DNA of 64,000 nucleotides from Octopus sinensis (Eukaryota): NCBI RefSeq assembly GCF_006345805.1, contig NW_021832870.1, positions 1 to 64,000 of the forward strand, read 5' to 3'. Shown piece by piece: positions 53,664 to 64,000 of this stretch (position 1 is its first letter; each line of letters starts with the position of its first letter). The notes under the pieces were generated by a model. It saw only the letters and a program-made list of their open reading frames with translations, ran no database searches and was not told where the DNA came from. The position numbers and the translations under genes were made by a program.

Positions 53664-54526
53664 CCTGTGTCTGTTTGCTGTGGTGGTCTGGTATATAGTG
53701 GGTAGTCCCACCTGCGGGCTTGGGTTTGATGAAGCCAGGTCAGCTGCTGTACAATCTTTTGTGCCATGCACAAAAAAGATTGTTGCTCAGCAGCTGCTCT
53801 TTCGACAACATCATGTTGGCTGTTTGTGGCGCGCACAACATCTGCGTACCTCCGCTTTGGGGCAGGTGGTGCGTGGTCCATCCCTTTTCTTTGTGTTGAT
53901 GGTTTGTCCATCTGCCTCGTGTCTCTGTGGCAGGGTCCCCGATGTGCAAAGCGGCAGCCTGCACCTTCCTTTCCATGCCAGCAGGAACCTCTCAGGTAGA
54001 ACATACACACCCGTGTGCGCTGTTTGGTTCCATCCTTTGCGGTTCCACTTCTATTTCTGGTTGTTTCACTCTTTGGTCCTGCTTGAGCTTTTTCTTTTCC
54101 TTTAGCTCTTCCAGTCCTTCTTTTAGTTCTTCTTCCTCCCTCTACCTCTTCACCGGGTTCTCCGTCTCCATGGCCCTTGCTGCCGGTTGGAGAACTTGCA
54201 CCTGGGTTCACTTCCCGGGCAGGTTTCTCATTCAAAACCTCCTCCCGGGCGTCCACCAGGTGGGGGTGACTTCTTTCATCGTCTCCATTCTTGCCATCTT
54301 TGCTCCGCTCGTTCTCAAAGATGGCATCAAGTGCGCCAATGTGCGACCGTACAAGCGCATATGAGCGCACGAATTCCTGTCTCTTTCGCTCCATCTGAGC
54401 CGCTGTCCTCTTGTAGCCTCTGCTCTTCAGCGCAGCCGCAATCACCTCCCTAGGGCTATCTCCGCCGGCGCACTCCCATGCTCGTACGAATAAATCCAGC
54501 TCGTCACGTCTCCATGCTCTGGTCAT
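53615..54526 (-). CDS. LINE ORF1, 303 aa: N-terminal Myb/SANT-like (trihelix-type) domain and CCCH zinc finger
   Basis: Intact ATG-to-TGA frame directly upstream of ORF2. MTRAWRRDELDLFVRAW...IAAALKSRGYKRTAAQMERK resembles Myb/SANT-like domains. CMFYLRGSCWHGKEGAGCRFAH is a CCCH finger. Confidence 0.8.
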   Translation of the reverse strand: MTRAWRRDELDLFVRAWECAGGDSPREVIAAALKSRGYKRTAAQMERKRQEFVRSYALVRSHIGALDAIFENERSKDGKNGDDERSHPHLVDAREEVLNEKPAREVNPGASSPTGSKGHGDGEPGEEVEGGRRTKRRTGRAKGKEKAQAGPKSETTRNRSGTAKDGTKQRTRVCMFYLRGSCWHGKEGAGCRFAHRGPCHRDTRQMDKPSTQRKGMDHAPPAPKRRYADVVRATNSQHDVVERAAAEQQSFLCMAQKIVQQLTWLHQTQARRWDYPLYTRPPQQTDTGWTPPATTYTSPRYSY

Positions 54527-54584
54527 GCTGGATAATCCGTCTATCCGTTTATCTATCTAATTATGTTCGAGAGAAGACAGGAAG

Positions 54585-55745
54585 ATATTAAGGCTAATTA
54601 GAAGATAGAGTACTTGAAAAAGAAATATTAACAATATTAAAGTTTGTGTAAAAACGTTATTTGGGTAAAAACGTTATTTAATCTTAAGGCTAATTAGGGG
54701 ATAGAGTATCTGAAAATGTATTAGCAATATTAATATTATATTAGAGTGTGGATAAAAACGTTGTTTAATCTTAAGGCTAATTAGGAGATAGAGTATCTGA
54801 AAATATATTAGCAATATTAATATTATATTAGAGTGTGGGTAAAAAAAAAAAAAAAAAAAAAAAACGTTATTTATCTTAAGGCTATTTTGGAGATAGAGTA
54901 TCTGAAAATATATTAGCAATATTAATATTATATTAGAGTGTGGGTAATATTAAACGTTATTTATTTAATCTTAAGGCTAATTAGAAGACAGAGTATCTGA
55001 AAAATTATATATACAATATTAAGCATATTAACCGTTATTTAATTTAATCTTAAGGCTAATTAGACGTTATTAATATTAAACGTTATTTAATTTAATCTTA
55101 AGGCTAATTAGAAGATAGAGTATCTGAAAATATATTAGCAATATTAATATTATATTAGAGTGTGGATAAAAACGTTATTTATCTTAAGGCTAATCAGGAG
55201 ATAGAGTATCTGAAAATATATTAGCAATGTTAATATTATATTAGAGTGTGGGTAATATTAAACGTTATTTAATTTAATCTTAAGGCTAATTAGAAGATAG
55301 AGTATCTGAAGAATTATTAACAATATTAAACAATATTAAACGTTATTTAATTTAATCTTAAGGCTAATTAACAGTAATTATTAACAATATTAAACAATGT
55401 TAAACGTTATTTAATTTAATCCTAAGGCTAATTAGACGTTTTTAATATTAAACGTTATTTAATTTAATCCTAAGGCTAATTAGACGTTTTTAATATTAAA
55501 CGTTATTTAATTTAATCTTAAGGCTAATTAGAAGATAGAGTATCTGAAAAATTATTAACAATATTAAGACAATATTAAACGTTATTTAATTTAATCTTAA
55601 GGCTAATTAACAATAATTATTAACAATATTAAACAATATTAAACGTTATTTAATTTAATCCTAAGGCTAATTTGACGGTATCAATATTAAACGTTATTTA
55701 ATTTAATCTTAAGGCTAATTAGAAGATAGAGTATCTGGAAAATTA
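54585..55745. repeat. AT-rich tandem array of 16 core copies in the LINE 5' region
   Basis: TAAGGCTA starts at 54589, 54685, 54772, 54877, 54972, 55051, 55099, 55185, 55281, 55359, 55423, 55471, 55519, 55598, 55662 and 55710. Core consensus AAACGTTATTTAATTTAATCTTAAGGCTAATTA. Confidence 0.95.
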
Positions 55746-56223
55746 TTATATCGAGAACAGATATTGAAAATGTAAACAAACAAAATGACGATCGCAACTT
55801 TAACTAAGATGTGGGCCTAAGTGAAAGATAAAATAGAATAATAAATAAAATATGAAATAGATGAAATTGATACTTAATCCAACAATGTGGTCTGGATTTT
55901 TTTTTTTTGGTTTACGGGATTTTTTTCAGGAGAGATGCTTCTTTTTTCTTTCTTGCAGGAGATAACTTGATTCAGTTATTTTTGCACCATGTGCGTTTCG
56001 GCGAAAATGAAAATTACTGTGTATATGTATATATTTATATATATATTTTTTAAAATATTTTTAAACCAAAGTGTTGTAGTGATCTCTATGACTTAGAGTT
56101 TTACGTTTTGCAACTACAGTGGGTTATTTCGCCGTTCTATGCAAACTTTTTCACAGAGCAAAGACAATCACGTCTTTCTCTGCTGAAAACGGATCCGGAT
56201 ATATATATATACATACATATATA

Positions 56224-56282
<59 letters not shown>

Positions 56283-57139
56283 AATGGCCTGCTGCTGTAG
56301 TTTTGTCTGAGAGAAAATCACCTTTTAGACGTGCTAAAACATAATATCTGTCGAAGTGAAATGAGCATCATCGCAGCAATGGTTCCTAGAAACATTACAC
56401 GTGTTTCGCCTCTATTGAAGATTGTCAATAACGTGAACCCATTTGTTACACGCCTACGAAATTCATACCTCGATATGTAAGAAAGAATAAATAATACATT
56501 AACTGATAAGGCTGATCGCCTGCTGGGCTGTAAAAACTTCGGTGAATGCATTTTCATATGTGTATGCGTGTGTGTGTGTGTGTGTGTGTATGTGTTCTTA
56601 CATATATATGAATATGCACAACGCAATAGGTATTTATGCTATTTCCCCTCGTTAGGGACTCTTTGTATTTATATTTCCTATTATCTTTATACTCAGATAT
56701 TTCTCATTAATCCGCCGTTCCGTCTCTAATGAAGCAACCAGCAAAACACTATCACTCACGTATAAATTTATCTCTATATAAGAGAAATGTATGATGGTTA
56801 TTCAACGACTGCTGAAGCTGTAGCGTGTTTGGCTCAGCACAGTGGCTAAGCTAAGCGTGTTTGTTTCAAAATGAAAAGATACGTAGCTAAAGAAGATACT
56901 TAGCGCCTCTTATCTCCTAAACGTGGTTAAGTGAGGCTAATACAGTTGATATTAAATGTAAATACATGCAGACTAATGATAACGAGGAAACCATGTGATG
57001 GGTTGGGGGTTCCAGAGGAATTATAATTCCCGAGAAAGATTAGGGAAAGCGTTTTATTTCTTTCCAAAGGTATTTGTGTTCTGCAGCTCTCTTCCATATC
57101 ATGGTTGGCGTCGATCGAACAGACATCTCATTAAAGGTT

Positions 57140-57297
57140 TTCCAGGAGTGGCAAGTAGCTTGCTTACAAACAACGTGGTTCCGGGTTCAGTCCCACTGCG
57201 TGGCACCTTGGGCAAGTGTCTCCTACTATAGTCTTGGGTCGACCAAAGCCTTGTGAGTGGATTTGGTAGACGGAAACTGAAAGAAGCTTGTCATTAT

Positions 57298-57329
<32 letters not shown>

Positions 57330-57352
57330 GTGTGTGTGTGTGTGTATATATG

Positions 57353-57404
<52 letters not shown>

Positions 57405-57610
57405 TACATATGTCTTTATGTGTCTGTGCTTGTCCCCCTACCATCGCTTGACAACCGATGTTGGTGTGTTTACGTCCCCGTAAACTAGTTGTTCGGCAAA
57501 AAATAGTAGGCTTACAAAGACTAGGTCTTGGATTCGATTTGTTCGACTAAAAGGTGGTGCTCCAGCATGGCCGCAGTCAAATGACTGAAACCAATACAAG
57601 AATAAAAGAG
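57140..57610 (+). mobile_element. SINE family A copy
   Basis: GGTTCCGGGTTCAGTCCCACTGCGTGGCACCTTGGGCAAGTG head, internal microsatellite, CAGCATGGCCGCAGTCAAATGACTGAAAC end. Confidence 0.85.
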
Positions 57611-57735
57611 CCTTGCCAGTTATTTCTTCGTTTCAGGAACAGTGTAACAAGTATTCGTTTCTACTCTACGTACAAGTCCAAAGAAGGGAAGACGGAGAAA
57701 GAAAATCGCCAACGATACACACGCGGTCACATATT

Positions 57736-58405
<670 letters not shown>

Positions 58406-58431
58406 TAGTGTTGAACAAATGGGAGATGTAT

Positions 58432-58468
<37 letters not shown>

Positions 58469-59436
58469 AAGAGGAGTAATTAATATGTTGGAAATCTACA
58501 GGGTTGGCCAAAAGTCACCAGGACTGGAAATCAAAATTCCGTAAATACTTAATATTCGATTTTATTTATTCATTCCAATTCTGAATGTTTACTAATTGAA
58601 TGGCATGGCGTGAAAATCGAGTCAAGCGATAAGAATCCAGTTTCAATATCTGCGTGTGCTTTCATACTTTCGAACTCGATGAGTTAGCTCTCAGATGAGC
58701 ACTGGGAGTGGAGGGGGGGGGTTAGTGTAATTGCCTCCCCACCCCACGATATTGACGGCTTTTTGCCAAAATTTGAAACCAATGCGTGCGTGTGTGTGCT
58801 TGAATGTGTGTGCGTGTATGTGTACTTAGGTATGTATGTATATATGTATGTGTTATTTTTTTTGTTTCTGTTTATATTCGTACATATGTACATATGTATT
58901 TATGTATACATAAATATTCATACTCATATATGTATGATTGTGCGCCTGTGTGTATAGGTGGCGAGCTGGCAGAAACGTTAGCACGCCGGGCGAAATACTT
59001 AGAGGTATTTCGTCTGTCTTTATGTTCTGAGTTCAAATATCGCCGAGGTTGACTTTGCTTTTCATCCTTTCGGAGTCGATAAATTAAGTACCAGTTACGC
59101 ACTGGAGTCGATGTAATCGACTGGCCCTCTCCCCCAAAATTTCGGGCCTTGTACCTAGAGTTGAAAGGCATAGGTATGGCTATGTATAGCCGTGCTGATT
59201 TTCTTTAACCTATAGGTTCGCTATACACATCTGTAAAATACGCACCACACATACAAATAAGTTCAGTAGTCAATATCACCGTGACCGACCAGGCTATCAG
59301 ATGTTGCTACACATCGCTGGTCACAATGCGCTTCGCATTGTTTTAGCCTTCGAATGACGCCACTCCACTGGCTAAGCGAGCAGGCCAAGAGATGAGAGAA
59401 TGTTGTGGCGAAAGTGTACAGGTGGGATCGCCATCA

Positions 59437-59690
59437 TCATCATCATCATCATTGTTCGACCGTGGTCGAGACAATGGAATTTACCATGCTACGCCAGACT
59501 TCACGGCCCATCATAGCGTTACGGAGGTCCTGTTGCTGGATGCCTGTATCCCTGGAGATTACATCAGGGTAGGATAGTGTGCGCCCTCTGGTATTGCGAG
59601 TAGATGGCTTCCAGAGGAGAAGAGTAGAAATTGCCTCATTTTCAGCTCTACAACAATGTCCAGCAAAGTGGACTCTCCTACCTTTCACAA
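59437..59690 (-). mobile_element. 5'-truncated RTE-clade LINE with (TGA)n tail and 13-bp target-site duplication
   Basis: RRVHFAGHCCRAENEAISTLLLWKP...LSYPDVISRDTG...AMMGREVWR. TSD GGGATCGCCATCA at 59424-59436 and 59691-59703, inside a SINE. Confidence 0.9.
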
Positions 59691-61004
59691 GGGATCGCCA
59701 TCACCCCCTGCCAGAGGTCGTGGAGCTTTAGGTGTTTTCGCTTAATAAAAACTAACTATGCCCGGTCTAGGAATCGAAACCGCGATCCTACGACCTCAAG
59801 TCTGCTGCCCTAACCACTGGGCCATTATGCCTCCACAGTGATGAACTCAAATAAGGCGGCGAGCTGGCAGAATCGTTAACACGCAGGCTAAAATGCTTAG
59901 CGGCATTTCATCTGTCTGCACGCTCTGGGTTCAAATTCCGCCGAGGTCGACTTTGCTTTTCATCCTTTCGCGTCGGTAAATTAAGTACCAGTTAAACAAA
60001 TCAGGTCGATGTAATCGACTTAAGCCCTTTGTCTGTCCTTGCTTGTCCCCTCTATGTTTAGCCCCTTGTGGGCAATAAAGAAATAAGAAACGTTAGCAAG
60101 CCGGGCGAAATGCTTAGTAGAACTTCATCTGCCGCTACGTTCTGAGTTTAAATTCCGCCGAGGTCGACTTTGCTTTTCATCCTTTCGGGGTCGCTAAATT
60201 GCGTACTGGAGTCGATCTAATCGACTGCTCCTCCCCACTCTCCAAAATCTTCGTTCCTTCTGCAAAAAGTAGAAAAGATTAGTCATAAACTATTTCGAAC
60301 ACCATCTCTCTCTCCCCCGCCCCTCTCTCTCTCTCTCTCTCTTCCTAGTCTGGCTGGAAGTTGGCATCTTGGAAAATGTGTGTAACTCAGTAAGTCATTA
60401 TTCTTACTTGGCCTGAGAACAGACGAAGATGAAATGCCCCGGTAAGCCATAACAATGGATGTTATCTCGATTCTCATAGAAATAAAGATAGCGACTATAG
60501 AAATAAATATATTTGCTATCCTCCTTATACCTATATTCTAACTTTCATCTTTTATCTTTCACTTGTTTCATTCATTGAACTGCGGCCATGCTGGAGTACC
60601 ACCTTGATGTAATTTCAGTCGAACTAATCGACCTCAATTCTTATTCGTTTAAAGTCTGGCACTTTGTTCTATCGATCACGTTTATCGAAACATGAAGTTA
60701 CAGGTACGTAAGCAAATCAACACCGGTGAGTATGGGGAGACAAACAGACGCAAAGACAAATATATATATATACACCACCCCCATACACCACCCACACACC
60801 CATCCCCACATCTTCACACCCACGCATACATACACACACACGTCCAAACCACCAGCCCTCTTTCACACGCACATACACACTCTCTTATACACACACACAC
60901 CTTTGTGTTGGGGACACCTTCGTTTTGGAAGTCACTTGACCCTGTCATCTCCCCTACTGTCCCTCTAGCGTCTGACCTCTGCCCGAAGTCAGGACGCCAT
61001 GATA

Positions 61005-61200
61005 GATCGTTAGCTCCTACACGCATTTTTTTCTCTCCTTGTTTCTCTCCTTGTTTTTTTCTGTGTATCTTTCTGTCGAAGAACGTAGGCTCGAAACGTT
61101 AAAGATTTGTTCTATTTCTATTTCTGAGCGACATACTAATACATTTGTTTGTTTGTACTCCCCCTGCCTTCGTCTTTTGTTTATTTTCGTAAACCTTCCC
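61005..61200 (+). mobile_element. Second copy of the 9667-9856 repeat
   Basis: Direct sequence similarity to 9667-9856 over about 190 bp. Confidence 0.6.
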
Positions 61201-61289
61201 GTTATGTATATATATGTGCGTGTGTGTGTGTATGTGTGTATATATATATAGATACACACACGCACACACACATACATATATAGATAGAT

Positions 61290-61320
<31 letters not shown>

Positions 61321-62304
61321 GATAGTGAGTGAGAGTGAGATAGAAAGGGCTTCTTGCACTATCCGTCTACCACAAGGCTTTGGTAGGCCCGAGGATATAG
61401 TAGATGACATTTGCCGATGGTGTCATGCAGTGGGACTGAACTCAGAACTATGTGGTTGGGAAGCAAGCCTATGAAAATTGCGTTTTTTTTTGTTGTTGTT
61501 TTCTTTTTGTAATGATTCCATCAATACATCTGTGAAGCACTATCCGTATATATATATTACATCTTCTATACGAGTTTTATTTATTTATTTATTTTTACTA
61601 TATTACTTCAGTAGAAGACAAAACAAAACTAAACTAAACTAAACAAAACTATAAAGTTCAATATATATATATATATATATACATACATACATATATAGCC
61701 AGCTCTTGTTTGTCTGGACTCCATCTTATTTCGTTTGATGTTGGATTTTAGATATCTGGGCGGTCTAAGCACTAATTGTTTGTGTCTATGATAGCCTTTT
61801 TTGCGTATAGATGTATACTTTGACACATCTATCAATTATCTATGTATCTCCTTTTCTCCCCACCCCCTCTCTCTCTCTCTTCTATATATATATATATATA
61901 TATATAGATATATATATATATATATATGCACACATTACATACACACACATATATATATACACATACATATACATATATATATACATAATACATACATACA
62001 CACATATATATATATGTATGTATGTATGTATGTATTTATATATTACAACTGGCATTCTGTCGGAACAGTTTGCTCTTGAAATTAACGTGCATGTGGCTGA
62101 GCATTCCACAGACATGCGTGCCCTTAATATAGTTCTCAGGGTTTTTCAGCGTGACACAGAATGTAAAAAGACTGGCGCTTTTGAAATACAAGTACTGCTC
62201 ATTTTTACCAATTGAGTGGACTGGAGCAAAGTGAAATAAAGTGCCTTGCTCAAGAACACAACGCGCCGCCGGGAATTGAACACCTGAGCTGAATCATCCA
62301 TATA

Positions 62305-63030
62305 CATTTCCATAACATCACGGGAGGCCTATACAGGGACGAGGGCTTATTAGTTACCAAAAGCATAAATAAATCCTCCTTAGAAAGAACTAGAAAGGAT
62401 CTACATAAATTCTTCTCTATCTATCTATCACATTCGAAAACGCTTGACGTAACTCTAAACTTTCTTGACATCACTCTAAAATTATCAGCCTCCCAATACT
62501 CTCCTTACCACAAACCTAACAAATATCTTAAGTACCTTAACATCCACTCCAATCACCACAAATCCACTTTCGATAACACAATCAACGGCATCTCAACCAG
62601 CATATCCGACCTCTCTTCTACTGAGGAAATTTTCAATAATCACGCACCATATTACAATCAAGCACTCGCCGCTAGCGGCTTTTCCCAACAAATAGAATAC
62701 ATCCATAACACCAGGCTCAAACAATATATATCTCAAATCACATCCCAAAAATCGCACCAACCACACACACTCGTCGATGAAACTCTTGAAGGTCTTACAC
62801 CTAGGCAACCTAGACCCCCAAACACATACATTTAATATATGTATACCATTCTGCCTAGATAATGGATCTACAGATGCAATATCCTCGCATATCTCATGTC
62901 TATTTTCATTCCTCTACTTCATTCTCTATTTCATATCGTAATCTGAAATAACTATTGCTTAACCATTTTCTCACAACGTCTCCGATGAAGGAATATAATA
63001 AATATTCCGGAAATATGTGTAAGACCTTTT
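62305..63030 (+). mobile_element. Penelope-like element RT fragment followed by a hammerhead-containing terminal repeat
   Basis: GGLYRDEGL, LNFLDITL, PYHKPNKYLKYLNIHSNH and YYNQALAASGF are PLE RT/thumb motifs. GTCT-CCGATGA-stem-GAAA-N6-TA-AGAC lies at 62978-63025. Confidence 0.8.
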
Positions 63031-63045
63031 ATAAATATATATAGT

Positions 63046-63096
<51 letters not shown>

Positions 63097-63153
63097 CACA
63101 TATATTATTTACATTATTATTTAATTGAACGCCACGTATCCATTTCCATACAC

Positions 63154-63189
<36 letters not shown>

Positions 63190-64000
63190 ATATATATATA
63201 TATATAATATATATTATATATATCTATATATACATTAATACACGCGCGCGCACATATAAAGTGAGGGAGAGAGGAGGGGAGAGGGAAGGAGGGAGAGAGA
63301 GAGGACAGAGAGATATCTATGGTGTATGTATACACGAGTGTGGGTGTAGATGCGTGGGTGTTTATATATATATATATATATATATATACGCACAGAGACA
63401 TATTTATATATCCTGGAGAGAAAGAGAGAAAAAGAGGAATAAACGAACAGACAGGCAGGCAGACAGACCGACTGACAGATCGCGGGATGCGATAAGTTAA
63501 AAGCATATTAAAAACTAGAGCAAACATGACGTAATACGGGAAAGCAAAAAGCGAGAGGGTTCAATGAAGCGTGAAGGAAAAAATTCTTGACACGGCCTTC
63601 AACGTTTCATGTCGGTATGGTTCGGGATGGTAATGGCGGCAAGTAAGAACTAAAACAAGCTTCTTTCCGTTCCAGGCAGACGGCACGTTTGTTCGGCTCT
63701 CTGTACTTTCTCAAACTGGATTCTAGAACATGTATTTACCATTATAGTGCTACTGACACGGAACCGACCGAACTCCAGGAATCAACTAGTGATAGACACA
63801 CACACACGCGCGCGCACACACACACACACGCACACACACAAACACATACACACACACACACACACCCACACACACGCACACACGCACACACACACACACA
63901 CACACACACGCACGCACACACAAACACACACACACACACGCACACACACACACACACGCACGCACACACACACACAAACACACACACACACACACACAAA

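Larger units (their letters stand above)
50577..55795 (-). mobile_element. Near full-length CR1-group non-LTR retrotransposon (LINE)
   Basis: 5' AT-rich tandem array, ORF1, overlapping APE-RT ORF2, short 3' UTR ending in an (AATC)n tail at about 50577-50597, abutting a (TA)n tract. The 5' boundary is approximate (GTTTGTTTACATTTT near 55767-55781). Confidence 0.9.

Noticed and set aside
54585-55745. CRISPR-like repeat-spacer appearance
   Set aside because: The inter-core segments are reused and related rather than unique, their lengths vary widely, there are no cas genes, and the context is a eukaryotic LINE.

Overview
Eukaryotic, repeat-saturated animal DNA. The SINE families, (TA)n/(TATG)n density and retroelement mix point to an octopus-type cephalopod genome (inference). 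Two host genes are visible, both on the minus strand. (1) A single 4.57-kb first coding exon (2201-6772) of a SOGA/MTCL1-family coiled-coil protein, with an N-terminal C-x12-C-x2-C-x6-H knuckle and a long Thr/Ser/Pro-rich linker; the rest of the gene lies left of this exon. (2) A spliced gene (exons 36273-36459, 34394-34605, 33460-33672, probably also 38724-38799) whose phase-matched product has 16 Cys in the 6-4-6 pattern of Argos/scoloptoxin-11 secreted proteins. The largest mobile element is a nearly intact CR1-group LINE (about 50577-55795, minus). It has an unusual ORF1 (Myb/SANT-like domain plus CCCH finger), an ORF2 with only two lesions, and a 5' region made of 16 copies of an AT-rich core. 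The remainder is tRNA-derived SINEs of at least four head types, RTE, R4/Dong and Penelope-like fragments (several with minimal hammerhead ribozyme motifs, some in fold-back pairs), mariner/pogo/hAT MITEs and microsatellites. Most ORFs in the supplied track are microsatellite or SINE artefacts. All family assignments come from motif recognition by eye, not database searches.
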